DNA of 64,000 nucleotides. Origin: Candidatus Muiribacterium halophilum. GTDB taxonomy: Bacteria; Muiribacteriota; Muiribacteriia; Muiribacteriales; Muiribacteriaceae. Below, one piece after another: positions 9,076-19,993 of the stretch. Each line of letters begins with the position of its first letter. The first letter of the stretch is position 1. The notes beneath the pieces are model-generated. The model saw nothing but the letters and a program-made list of their open reading frames with translations. It was not told the origin of the DNA and did not search any database. The stretch covers positions 74,732-138,731 of the forward strand of contig PKTG01000083.1 of NCBI GenBank assembly GCA_002869225.1, read 5' to 3'. Position numbers and translations under genes: made by a program.

Positions 9076-10185
9076 TTATTTTTCTCCATTTTTTTCTAAA
9101 AATCCATCAAATATCTTTTTCACTTTTTGTTCATCAAATCTTTCAAAATCTTTCAAATTTTCAGATATACGTTCCCTATTAATATAAACGTTCATGAGCG
9201 CTTGTTTTAATTTATTATCAGAAAACTCTTTTTCCTCGAGAAGAATAGCAGCATCCTTTTCGGAAAGCATCTTTGCGTTTACATACTGTTCATTACCTGC
9301 TGATCCTTTTAAAGGTATCAGGACTGAAGGTATGTTATATTCTATAATATCAGATATCGTTCCAGCGCCTGCTCTTGCTAGCATACAGTCAATTCGAGCA
9401 AATATCTCAAGCATATCATTCCTTGGAAAAAATCTTTTATTTACAAAATCCATTTTATTGATTTTTTTAAATTAATTCTCAAATCTTTCTATATTTATTG
9501 GATTTGTTCCATATTGAAGAAATACTTCGAAGTTATGATTTATCCAATCTATATTCTTTAAAACAAACTCGTTAAGTATAAACGAACCATTGGCTCCACC
9601 TGTTATAAAAAGCAGAGGTTTATCTTTTTTTTGATCGTCTCTTAGATCATGAACAGGTTTATTTGATATTATATCAGATGGGTTACCAGAAAAAAGATAT
9701 TTCTCTCCCGAAAAACAACCAGAATCGAATGAATAGAGATTTATATCACTTAAACGAAATGCTAACCTATTAGCTATTCCCGGAATCGAAGTCTGTTCAT
9801 GTACGATTATTGGAATAGAAAGCATTCTAGCTGCTATTACGGGACCCAAAGATACATAGCCGCCAGTTGAGAGTATATACGACACCTTTCTTTTTTTTAA
9901 AAATCTGTAAGATTGGAAAATTCCGGAAAAAAAAGAAAAAAAGTCAGAAATATTTCTTTTATCAAGAGCTCTTCTAAACTTACCCGTACTAATATATTTA
10001 AGCTGAACATCCTTTATATTTTTAAAGATGTCTTTTTCAAAATCATTTCCACTACCAATATAAATAAGAGATTTATTGGGATACCATTTTTTGAAAAGCT
10101 CAAGAAACTTGACTGAGGCAAAAGTATGCCCTCCGGTTCCTCCGCCAGTTACTACTATATTTTCAGTCTCTAAGGTCAAACTCAT
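9076..10185 (-). CDS. murG: UDP-N-acetylglucosamine--N-acetylmuramyl-(pentapeptide) pyrophosphoryl-undecaprenol GlcNAc transferase, interrupted by an in-frame TAA at 9472-9474
   Basis: Track ORFs 9472-10185 (N-domain, GGGTGGH motif) and 9076-9453 (C-domain, ARAGAGTISDI...PSVLIP) share one frame. Only the TAA and six sense codons separate them (...IERFEN*FKKINKMDF...). Confidence 0.8.
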
Positions 10186-10912
10186 CTTTAAGCGGCAGCC
10201 TTTCTATAAGAGCTTCGATCTCTTCAATATATTCTTTTTCCCCATTAAGAAGAAGCCTTATAGCTCCCTGAGCTCCCTTTATTCCACCTGTTGCAATATG
10301 ATAAGAACTCACTTTTCCTAATGTTAAGACTTTTATAGCTTCTATCTCTGTAAACAATTGCGCTTTAAAAGAGTACATCCTCGGACATTCTTCGCAACAA
10401 TCGTCTTCGGAAAGCATCAAAGATACTTCATCAAGATCGTACGAGACTTCCTTTTCAAGTCCTACAGGTATGATAAGATTTGCTCTTTTACCAAACACAG
10501 CTTCGAATATTCTCTTTACAGTTCCGCCTTCAGGATGTCTGATCAATATCCCCGCAGTCTCTTTTGCATAATTTATTGAATTGGCACCTTTTAATATTAT
10601 ATCACCGGGATTTATTTCTTTGATTACATCACAAAGGTTTCTCTCATTTGCTACACCTTTGTCTATTACATATTCAAGCATCTTCTCATTTTCTATCCAA
10701 TACTCTCCACCCGGCATGACCACACCAGTTGTAAACCGTTCTTTATCAATCTTCTTTTTCAGAAATTCCTCAACAACATAGGAATTTGTCGTTCCTTTGC
10801 ATATTATTATTTTTTTATCCTTTATAGCTCCCGAAAAGACTTCGGATTGTAAAAAAGCTTTCGCTATAAGTCTTTTTGACTGAGCCGGAACAAGCACGAC
10901 ATCTTTTTTCAT
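10163..10912 (-). CDS. Conserved hypothetical protein
   Basis: A 249 aa ORF whose 3' end overlaps the murG start. No family was recognised by eye. Confidence 0.5.
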   Translation of the reverse strand: MKKDVVLVPAQSKRLIAKAFLQSEVFSGAIKDKKIIICKGTTNSYVVEEFLKKKIDKERFTTGVVMPGGEYWIENEKMLEYVIDKGVANERNLCDVIKEINPGDIILKGANSINYAKETAGILIRHPEGGTVKRIFEAVFGKRANLIIPVGLEKEVSYDLDEVSLMLSEDDCCEECPRMYSFKAQLFTEIEAIKVLTLGKVSSYHIATGGIKGAQGAIRLLLNGEKEYIEEIEALIERLPLKDEFDLRD

Positions 10913-10985
10913 AAATCCTCCTATCCATTGTTGTATAAATTCAATTAAATCTTACTTCACATATTCATTTTAGACAAAGAAAATT

Positions 10986-11873
10986 TCATTTTGCAATGAT
11001 ATCTTTTTTTAACTGTGAATTTTCCCCACCCAGATTCCATAACCTTACTCTAACCTCTTTGTGTTCTTTAAACATCATATATATATCTTCAGAAATCTCT
11101 TTAAATTTTTTAACCGCTATATCAATCGGTCTATGAATAAGCATTATATTACTAACTTTCATCTCAGGAAAATAATGAAGCAGTCCCTTAGTTATAACTG
11201 TAAGCTCTATCTCTGTTGTCCCATTGTTAAGTGAGGATATCTTTAAAGGATAATACAACTCTTCACTTTGGAATGTATACTGCATACTTTTTTTTGATAC
11301 TACCTCTTTTGAAAGATCAATAATATCTAATACAAAATATCTAAAACCTTTTTTTAAATATTTATCAACCATATCTATAAATCCCTGGTCCAGATCCTCT
11401 TTTATATGATCTGGAAAATTCTTTTTAATATACTCGTTCAGATAAAGAACAAACTCTTTTTGTTTTCTCACTTTAAAGATAGAGATATTATGCTCTCCTA
11501 TAAGCTTTTTAAAGATCACTTCCACATCTTTACGGACAACACCTCTTTGTCTGTTAGATCTGGATAGTATATTGTTTAAAAACATCTCTCTGTTTACTAA
11601 AAAAAACATATCTGAAAACACTTTTTCATCAACAGATTTTATTTCAGGCTTTTTTTTAAATGGTATAACCTCAATAGCAGATGTCTTCTCACTTGAATAT
11701 AGATCGGAAGATAGAATGAGATATTCTTTTTTTCCATCCCATGCTATTATCGCCCTTTGTATCGGATTAAAGACTTTAGCATCTGATTTGATTGTGATCA
11801 TACCTCTATCAGATTGAACAATATATGTTGTTATTAAGATAACAAAAAGGACAATAATTGTTTTATTATACAT
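10986..11873 (-). CDS. Hypothetical membrane-anchored protein
   Basis: The track ORF extends to 11987. The likely start is Met39 (MYNKTIIVLFVILITTYIV, signal/TM), which avoids overlap with the divergent kinase gene. Confidence 0.45.
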   Translation of the reverse strand: MYNKTIIVLFVILITTYIVQSDRGMITIKSDAKVFNPIQRAIIAWDGKKEYLILSSDLYSSEKTSAIEVIPFKKKPEIKSVDEKVFSDMFFLVNREMFLNNILSRSNRQRGVVRKDVEVIFKKLIGEHNISIFKVRKQKEFVLYLNEYIKKNFPDHIKEDLDQGFIDMVDKYLKKGFRYFVLDIIDLSKEVVSKKSMQYTFQSEELYYPLKISSLNNGTTEIELTVITKGLLHYFPEMKVSNIMLIHRPIDIAVKKFKEISEDIYMMFKEHKEVRVRLWNLGGENSQLKKDIIAK

Positions 11874-11947
11874 AATAATATAGTACCATAAATATAAGGT
11901 TAGTTCATTTAATACATTTAGAGCGTCTTGAGGGGAATTATTTAATA

Positions 11948-14947
11948 ATGAAAGATGAGAAGAGAGTTGACAGGTATTTAAGGACACTTCTTTTTCTTTT
12001 ACTTGTGGCTACTTCATCTACTTCGATGATAACACTACAATGGGTTAACACTGGTGAACCTGTCTTTCTTGTATTTTCTCTATGTTTCTTCTCTTTATAT
12101 ATTTTTTTCTTTCTTTCTTATAAAGCAATTATAAGGAAAGATTTTTCTACCATGGCTCGATTTCTTTTTTTAGGAGTCTTGATAATATATGTACCTTAAC
12201 AACTTCTTTTTAAGGGATTTGGAGTGTACCAGTTAATACTCAACTTCACCCTTCTCTTAATAACCGCAATTTACGCCTTTCCTAAAAAGGTCAGAAGTAT
12301 ATTGTTTTTAAGTTCGTTATATTTTTTCTTTCTACTTATAATAAATATAATCGATATACCTTGGAGAATAAATCCTTTTAACGACAATCTTCTTTTAAAA
12401 TATCAATGTATAGCTACAATCCTACCCCTTCTTACTTTTATTTTCATTATAATCAGAGAAAAACGATATAATATGAACCTTAAGATATTTACAGGTATGA
12501 TATTTACATCACTTGTACCTATTATATTATCAGGTATATTTGATGTTATAAGAGTTCATAAAAATCCTTTAATTTTAAATATATTTAACTATAATAATAT
12601 TCAAAATAATAGCAGAATAACTCAGAACCTTGCTCAATTTGATAAAACAGAGTTTTTTATGCTTTTTATATTTGTAAACTTTATCGTATTCATTTCAAAA
12701 ATCATTTCTGATTTTATTACAGAACCAATAAAAGATCTAATCGACACCTCCAGAAAGATATCTTCCGGAAATTTCAACATAAAAAAACCGGATGATGATC
12801 CAGGGGATGTTAATTACATTTATAACACTCTTTACCATACATCAAAGTCTTTTTCTGATCTTATCAACAGTTTTCAGGATGAAATATATGAAAAAAGCAA
12901 AGCGGAAGAGGAATTGAAAAGGACACTTTCTCAACTTTATCTTAGCGAGATGGAATTAAATTATATCGCAGAGAGCACAAAAGATGTCATATGGACTATG
13001 GATCCACAATTTAGATTTAAGTATATAAGTCCTGCATCTATTAGACACAGCGGTTTTACTCCAGAGGAAATAAAAAAACAAAGTCTAGAGGAACGTTACA
13101 CTCCAGAAACTGTTATTTTTCTAAAGGAGCTATGGCATAAGACAAAACTTACAGAAGGAAAAGCTGAATATAAAAACAAAAGATCAGAGTTTAGTTTTGA
13201 ATTACAACAGTACGCAAAAGATGGAAGAATAATAATAGACGATGTAAGAGCGACTCTAGTTTACGATGAATTAGGCTATATATCAGAGATGTTCGGAATT
13301 ACAAGAGATATAACAGAAAGAAAGAATTTTGAAGAAGAACTAAAAAAGACAAAGAGCAAACTCGAAGAGACAATACAGGAACTTAAAAATAGTGAGATAA
13401 ACTTCAGATTTTTAGCCGAAAACACAGCAGATGTCATATGGACTATAAACCCTCAACTACAAGTTGAATATGTCTCGCCTTCTATTAAAGAACTACAAGG
13501 TTTAACTCCAGAAGAAGCAATTTCTTATCCTTGGGAAAAGAAACTCACTCCAACAGGTATGAAGACTTTCTTAGGAATAGCTGAAAGATTCTTAAGCACA
13601 AACGGCGATCCTGAATATAAGAATAAGACTATCAGCATAACAGATACTATCGAACAAATACACAAAGATGGTCATACTTTCTGGACTGAAATAACTCTTA
13701 ACGTCATTTATGATGAAAAAGGATACCTTTTAAGAGCTGTTGGAGTTACCAGAAACATAAACGAAAGAAAATTGTATGAAGACAAGATAGAACTTATGAA
13801 CAAAAAACTTATAGAAACAAATAAAAAATTAAAATCAATTGATAATCTAAAAACCGAATTACTTTCTAATGTCTCTCACGAACTTCGAACCCCCCTTGCT
13901 GCAATAAAAGGTTATAGCGATCTTATTCACTCGGAAAAGTCCGGACCAATAACTGATAAACAGCGACATCAACTTGATGTAATCAAAAAGAACATCAATC
14001 ATCTTACCAATCTTATAGACGGTCTCTTATCTTACTCAAGATTATATTTTGGTAAAAACACATTGGATATATCCGTTTTTCCTATAATTGAACTCATTAA
14101 CAGCTCAATTGAAACAATAAACGAAAAACATAATCATAAGAATTTTATATTTAATTTCTATCCTCAGCAGGATCATTTTGTAAAAGCAGATTATGTAAGA
14201 ATAAAACAGGTCATATTAAATCTGCTTGATAATTCGTGTAAGTTTTCTGAGCCAGGGACTGAAATCAATATCGATATTAAATCAGATGATGATAATATCT
14301 TTATCTCAATAAAAGATAATGGAATTGGTATCCCGGAAGATGTCAAGGATCATATATTTGAAAGATTCTATCAGGTCGACTCCTCCACAACCAGAAAATA
14401 TGGTGGAATAGGTCTTGGACTTTCCATAGTAAAGAAAATACTTGATCTTCATGAAAGTCATATTGAACTTGAAAGTTCTAAGGATAAAGGGACATTTTTC
14501 TGTTTTTCATTAAAGCTTTCCAAAATACCGGCTGAGGATTCTAATAAAGAGAACATTAAAAGTAATATAAATAAGAATAATATTGGAAATGATCAAAAGT
14601 CTGTACTTATTATTGATGATCAGAAAGATATTTTAGACTTTCTTTCTGAGATGTTTGAGCTTGAAGGAATAAAAGCTTATTTTCATAATTCTTCGGAGGG
14701 AATACTAAATAAAATAAATATACATAAACCATCAATTCTATTACTTGATATCTCTCTCGGAGGTGAAGACGGGCTTGAGATCTTAAAATATATCAGAAAT
14801 AACAATATAAACATACCAATAATAATGTTAAGTGCGTTTACAGAAGATAGATACAGACAAAAAGCCAAAGAATACGGAGCAGTTGATTATATTACAAAAC
14901 CTTTTGATATGGATGATCTTCTAAGTATAATAAAAAATCATTTTTGA
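11948..14947 (+). CDS. Hybrid sensor histidine kinase (multi-TM N-terminus, 2x PAS, HisKA, HATPase, receiver), with an in-frame TAA at 12197-12199
   Basis: 12224-14947 encodes the PAS repeats, SHELRTPL (H-box), DNGIGIP/GGIGLGL (ATPase) and a C-terminal REC domain. The upstream 83-codon TM-rich ORF (11948-12199) has GAGGGG about 12 nt before its ATG. It is in the same frame, separated by the TAA plus eight sense codons. Confidence 0.75.
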
Positions 14948-15028
14948 TTTCTTTTCTGTTTAGTCTGTACTTGACTTTATAATATTACTTTTGCGATAAT
15001 TAAACAGAAGTTTTAAATAGGAGGAAAC

Positions 15029-15574
15029 ATGAAAAAATTTATTTTTATTTTTTTACTTATAATATCTATCAGTAGTTTTGCTTCAGGAAGTCTTTTTCAG
15101 GTAACTATGGATGTCAGTGGTTCTCTCGATACTCCAACCGGAGATACCGATGTGGATAGTGGTATTTCACTTACCTCTGAATGGAATATACCTTTTGATC
15201 TAGGTGGGTTTGACCTTGGTATTGGAACTGAATATCAGCTTGATAGAGATATTGATACTGGTGGAGAAATAAGATACTGGAATACATATCTTGTATTTAG
15301 TAAGGATATGATCAATAATTCCTTCAACAAATTGACACCTGTGTTTAAAATAGGAAGAGGTAACCCTACTTTAAGTGGACTTCCAGGAATCTCTCTAGAC
15401 AGTGGTATTTTTTACTCAATCGGTCTTAAATACTCAATATCCACTCTTGCTCATGCTGAAATATCATATTCAGTAAACAACAATGAGTTCACAGGAACCT
15501 CAACAGATGTCGATTATACAAGGATCAATTTTACATGGGGAACAAGATTCGATTATATGAAAGAATATTATTAA
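15029..15574 (+). CDS. Small outer-membrane beta-barrel-like protein
   Basis: 181 aa with a signal peptide (MKKFIFIFLLIISISSFA), a Gly/aromatic-rich alternating pattern and an aromatic C-terminus. GGAGG lies upstream of the start. Confidence 0.45.
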   Translation: MKKFIFIFLLIISISSFASGSLFQVTMDVSGSLDTPTGDTDVDSGISLTSEWNIPFDLGGFDLGIGTEYQLDRDIDTGGEIRYWNTYLVFSKDMINNSFNKLTPVFKIGRGNPTLSGLPGISLDSGIFYSIGLKYSISTLAHAEISYSVNNNEFTGTSTDVDYTRINFTWGTRFDYMKEYY

Positions 15575-15580
15575 AAAGAT

Positions 15581-15616
15581 AAAAAAAAAAGCTGCCGAAA
15601 GGCAGCTTTTTTTTTA
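15581..15616. terminator. Bidirectional rho-independent terminator
   Basis: An A-run, the hairpin AGCTGCC-GAAA-GGCAGCT, then a T-run, placed between convergent genes (15029-15574 on plus, serS on minus). Confidence 0.75.
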
Positions 15617-15617
15617 T

Positions 15618-16874
15618 TTATTTTGCGATCTTTTCTATACCATTCATATAAGGTCTTAAAACTTCCGGTACTATTATATATCCTTCCTCTGTCTGATTGA
15701 GTTCGATAATTGCTGGAAGTAATCTAGAAGTGGCAAGACCTGAACCGTTTAAAGTATGAACAAATCTGAGTTTTCCATCCTTTTCCTTAAATCTTATATT
15801 TCCTCTTCTTGCCTGAAAATCGGTACAATTGGAACAAGACGATACCTCTCTGTACTTATTCTGAGTAGGTATCCAAACCTCAAGATCTATTGTCATAGAG
15901 GAAGCATTTGAGATATCACCTGTAACTAGCATCTGCCGTCTATAAGGTATGTTTAAGAGTTCAAGGATCTTTTCTGCATGGGATACTATCTCTTCAAGTG
16001 CATCGGATGATCTATCAGGATGGACAAACTGAACCAACTCAACTTTATTAAACTGATGTGTTCGTATTAGACCTCTGAGATCTTTACCGTAGGAACCAGC
16101 TTCTCTTCTAAAACAAGGAGTATATCCGGTATATTTGATCGGAAGTTCTTCCTGACTGATAATATCATCTCTATGTATGTTAACTAAAGATACTTCTGAA
16201 GTCGGTAAAAGGTATAGATCATCCTGAGTCTTAAAAAGATCCTCTTCGAATTTAGGAAGATTTGAAGTTGTAAAAAGTGATTGTGCATTAACTAAATATG
16301 GAGTCATAAATTCAGTATAACCATGTTTTGTTGTCTGAACATCCAGCATAAAATTTAGAAGTGCTCTCTCTAATCTTGCACCTTCTCCTCTATAAAGAGC
16401 AAACCTTGCTCCAGACATCTTTGCAGCTCTTTCAAAATCAAGCATCTTTAATCCATCTGCAATATCAACATGATCTTTTATCTCAAAATCAAATTCAGGA
16501 ATATCTCCCCAAATCTTTATTGTCTTTGCATCCTCTTCATCGAAACTTATAGGTACATCTTCGCTTGGAATATTAGGGATTACAGCCAAAATTTCATTAA
16601 TAGAATTTTCTACTTCTTTTTGACTCATCTCAAGATCTTTTATATTAGAGCTAAGTTCTCTTACAGAATCTATCACAGCTTTTTTATCTTCTGCCTTTGC
16701 TATTTCCTTGTTTTTCTTATTTCTTACAGATTTAAGTTCATCAAGTTCAGCCTGATTCTCTTTCCTCTTTTTATCTAGTTCTAAAAGCTCTCCCCATGAA
16801 ATTTTATCATCTCTTGTCTTTAGTTTCTTCTCTACCTCTTCAGGATTTTCTCTGATCATCTTAATATCAAGCAT
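15618..16874 (-). CDS. serS: Seryl-tRNA synthetase
   Basis: 418 aa with an N-terminal coiled-coil arm and class II motifs (FRREAGS, GSGLATSR). Confidence 0.95.
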   Translation of the reverse strand: MLDIKMIRENPEEVEKKLKTRDDKISWGELLELDKKRKENQAELDELKSVRNKKNKEIAKAEDKKAVIDSVRELSSNIKDLEMSQKEVENSINEILAVIPNIPSEDVPISFDEEDAKTIKIWGDIPEFDFEIKDHVDIADGLKMLDFERAAKMSGARFALYRGEGARLERALLNFMLDVQTTKHGYTEFMTPYLVNAQSLFTTSNLPKFEEDLFKTQDDLYLLPTSEVSLVNIHRDDIISQEELPIKYTGYTPCFRREAGSYGKDLRGLIRTHQFNKVELVQFVHPDRSSDALEEIVSHAEKILELLNIPYRRQMLVTGDISNASSMTIDLEVWIPTQNKYREVSSCSNCTDFQARRGNIRFKEKDGKLRFVHTLNGSGLATSRLLPAIIELNQTEEGYIIVPEVLRPYMNGIEKIAK

Positions 16875-16886
16875 CTTACTCCTCCA

Positions 16887-17906
16887 TCATACATTAAACC
16901 TTATATTTAAAATGTCACCATCTTGTACAATATATTCCTTGCCCTCAAGTTTTACAAGATTTTCATTTTTTGCTTTACTCATATCCTTAATAGGAATAAA
17001 CTCTTCATAGTTTATCTTTTCAGCTCTGATAAAACCTTTTTCAAGATCTGAATGAATCTTTCCAGCAGCTTTCTTTGCATTAGTATTTATCTTTATAGTC
17101 CATGCTCTTACCTCATCTTTTCCAACGGTAAAAAATGATATAAGTCCAGCATTCTGATATATTTCCCTCATTATCTTATAAAGTGCAGGTATCTTTATAC
17201 CAAGCTCTTCATAGAACATCTCTCTTTCATCAGGTTCGAGTTCGAGTATCTCTTTTTCAGTCTTAATACAAAACGAGATGTGTTTATAATCCTTGGTTAT
17301 ATTATCTTCAGAAGTATTCACAACATACATAACGTTCTTCATCGTAAAAAAGCCATATATGGATTCAATCTCTCTTTCCTTTTCACTTAGTTCACCCTCT
17401 GAGAGAAACTTTCCATCTTCTAATATCTCTTTAAAATGATTCATTGTCTCAAACTCTGTGTTAAGTTCCTGATTCTTCTGTTTTTTTAATGATTTTTCAA
17501 GACTTTCAAGTCTCTTTTCAACAAAAGTAAGATCCTGTAGTATCAATTCATCTTTTATAAGACTAATATCCCTTTCAATGTTATTTTCTTTTAACGGATT
17601 TGGATAAAAGTCACTTTCAAAATCCCTTACAACAGCAAGAAGCATATCCATCTTTCTGACATCTTCAAAAAATTTTCTGTTATTTGTATTATTAGGATCT
17701 AGTCCTGGAATATCAATAAGTTCTATTGAAGCGAAAGTAGTCTTTTTAGGTGAATAGACTTCTGAAAGATTCTCAATTCTGGTATCAGGGACTTTGGCTA
17801 CTCCATGATTGACTTCATTTTTCTCAAAATTCACTTCATCACCGGTAAGTAAAGAGAATAACGAGGTCTTTCCCGAATACTTCAACCCTATAATACCTAT
17901 CTTCAT
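16887..17906 (-). CDS. ychF: Ribosome-binding ATPase YchF/OLA1 family
   Basis: 339 aa with a P-loop (GLKYSGKTSLF) and the typical C-terminus GKEYIVQDGDILNIRFNV. Confidence 0.8.
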   Translation of the reverse strand: MKIGIIGLKYSGKTSLFSLLTGDEVNFEKNEVNHGVAKVPDTRIENLSEVYSPKKTTFASIELIDIPGLDPNNTNNRKFFEDVRKMDMLLAVVRDFESDFYPNPLKENNIERDISLIKDELILQDLTFVEKRLESLEKSLKKQKNQELNTEFETMNHFKEILEDGKFLSEGELSEKEREIESIYGFFTMKNVMYVVNTSEDNITKDYKHISFCIKTEKEILELEPDEREMFYEELGIKIPALYKIMREIYQNAGLISFFTVGKDEVRAWTIKINTNAKKAAGKIHSDLEKGFIRAEKINYEEFIPIKDMSKAKNENLVKLEGKEYIVQDGDILNIRFNV

Positions 17907-17985
17907 ATATTAGCTCCTTTTTATTTTCCTTATTTTTTGTTTTGAGATTTTTTCTTTTTTCAATTATTAATTTTGTTTGATTTCT

Positions 17986-19146
17986 TTATGGCATTAGATC
18001 TTCGGCTGATTTTGCTCTTCCTGTTATATTTATATTATCAAGATACGCATCAAACAGATTATCGTATCCAGCACCTCCACCAATATACAATCTGTTATCA
18101 AATTTAGGGTAAGTACCATCATACAACATTGGATAAAATGTGACTGTAGGAGTGGTGTCAACCGGATTATATTCTGCACCATTAATATAAAACATTACCT
18201 GGCTTTCAGTATTAGAATTTGAATATACTATAGCAAAATGATTCCATTTATCCTCTATATTATTTGGGAGTGTAGGAAAACCTAATAACGAAAAAATATT
18301 TAAAGTGAATAATTTACTTGTAGTAGCAGTAGGATTAGCTGTCTCTGAAGCATTATATGCCATAAGTTCCAACACAAGATCATTTCCACTTATATAAACC
18401 GAAACTTCTCTAGGATCTGAAGTTCCTGCAGGATAGGTGTTGTTCTTAGCATCTATTCCCTTCATACTGACAATAAGTTGGTCTCCTCCATATGATGCAG
18501 GGATATCATGCAGACTTAACCAGAATTCAATTGTTATATTTCTAAAGGCAGGAATCGATACCGGGTACTCAACTCCTCCACCTGGATTACCAAAATCTAG
18601 CCCATTCCCAAACCCAAGCATACCTTTACCAATAGTTACATTTGCACTATTGACATCCGGTTCTGCTGATTCAGGATAATCTGCTTTATAGGAGTTTGTT
18701 CCTCTATCAAAATTTGCAAGAAATATTGTTTCCATATCTTTCTGAGCTTTATATGGAGGTGTAAATTTGACCCTTAACTGTGACTCAAACCCTGATCTTG
18801 TCTTTGTCTTTGTTGATACTGAAAAACCTCTAATATTTTTTTCAATTGAGAAAGAATAACCGAAATTATTTCTAAGGTCTCGAGCATAATCAGGTTTTTC
18901 AGGAAATTTAACCAATCCTGCATTTAATACCTGTTCGACCTGACTTGGCCAATTACCATATATATGTCTATATTCAACTATACCTTTTTTAAGAACATTA
19001 AGATCGTTCTGAGCTCTTTTTAATTGAACATTTTCAACGACGTTCTTATAATATCCAAACATAGCCACGGCAAGTACTGCAAGAACTGCTATCACCATCA
19101 TTGTTTCAACTAAAGTGAAAGCTTTAGTTTCTGAGTTTGATCTCAT
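17986..19146 (-). CDS. Prepilin-type N-terminal cleavage/methylation protein with a LamG/concanavalin-like domain
   Basis: 386 aa. It has a class III signal (KAFTLVETMMVIAVLAVLA). The C-terminal part resembles a LamG-type lectin fold (LYIGGGAGYDNLFDAYLDNINITGRA). Confidence 0.65.
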   Translation of the reverse strand: MRSNSETKAFTLVETMMVIAVLAVLAVAMFGYYKNVVENVQLKRAQNDLNVLKKGIVEYRHIYGNWPSQVEQVLNAGLVKFPEKPDYARDLRNNFGYSFSIEKNIRGFSVSTKTKTRSGFESQLRVKFTPPYKAQKDMETIFLANFDRGTNSYKADYPESAEPDVNSANVTIGKGMLGFGNGLDFGNPGGGVEYPVSIPAFRNITIEFWLSLHDIPASYGGDQLIVSMKGIDAKNNTYPAGTSDPREVSVYISGNDLVLELMAYNASETANPTATTSKLFTLNIFSLLGFPTLPNNIEDKWNHFAIVYSNSNTESQVMFYINGAEYNPVDTTPTVTFYPMLYDGTYPKFDNRLYIGGGAGYDNLFDAYLDNINITGRAKSAEDLMP

Positions 19147-19993
19147 ATTCTACCCCTTTTGTAAGAGTGAAAAAATTCCCGTATTTAGAGGAAATATAAC
19201 CAAATTCGTATGGCACTCCACCAACAGTCGATATTTTATCCAATCTAAACTTAAATCTTATATCTTCCAGACAATTAAATTCAAAGAAAACATATCTTCT
19301 CCATTGTGCATTAACAACATTAGTAAGAGTATTTGATGAATAAGTAAGCATGTAGCTGCCATCTGGTGTCCTTGATTGGTCATAAAAATCTAAATACATA
19401 TTAAAATCATTTAATGCGTCAGTCTTTATGACCCCGCTAAGATTTGAATTATACTGAATTATTAAATAAATCACAGAAGAACCTTTTATTGAAACAAAGT
19501 ATATATTGACTCTATCATCCTTCATGGTATTTGCCATTATTGTACCAAGAGATACTGGCGCAAGTGGAGGAACAAGATCGATATAAACAGGTTTCATTGT
19601 ATAAGTGTCACTCTCCGAACTTATAGTAAAATAGTATTCTCTGTAATAAACAGGCGGTATATAACCCACTTCGTTTGTATCCTTATCCGGCCTGTTTGCA
19701 TAAAAGAAATATTTATCCATCTTATAAGGATATCCCCACGGATTCATTGCTCCTCTGGGGTCTTTTATATCAATAAATTCCTTGAAATTTACAGGCCATC
19801 TTCCTTCTTTTTCATAAAAAAGCTCAGCAGCTTTTTTAAAACTTCTCATATCACTAGTGACTTTTTTTACTTTAAAAGTATCCACATATGATAACAGGTT
19901 TGGAACTATAGCTACTGCCATTATACTTAGTATTGCAACAACTATCATAAGCTCAAGTAATGAGAAGCCTTTCTTAATTTTATTAGTGATCAT
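19124..19993 (-). CDS. Type II secretion/type IV pilus pseudopilin (GspG-like head) with an extended C-terminus
   Basis: 289 aa. It has a class III signal (KGFSLLELMIVVAILSIMA) and a GspG-like NPWGYPY motif. Its start overlaps the pheT stop by 4 nt. Confidence 0.65.
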   Translation of the reverse strand: MITNKIKKGFSLLELMIVVAILSIMAVAIVPNLLSYVDTFKVKKVTSDMRSFKKAAELFYEKEGRWPVNFKEFIDIKDPRGAMNPWGYPYKMDKYFFYANRPDKDTNEVGYIPPVYYREYYFTISSESDTYTMKPVYIDLVPPLAPVSLGTIMANTMKDDRVNIYFVSIKGSSVIYLIIQYNSNLSGVIKTDALNDFNMYLDFYDQSRTPDGSYMLTYSSNTLTNVVNAQWRRYVFFEFNCLEDIRFKFRLDKISTVGGVPYEFGYISSKYGNFFTLTKGVEYEIKLRN

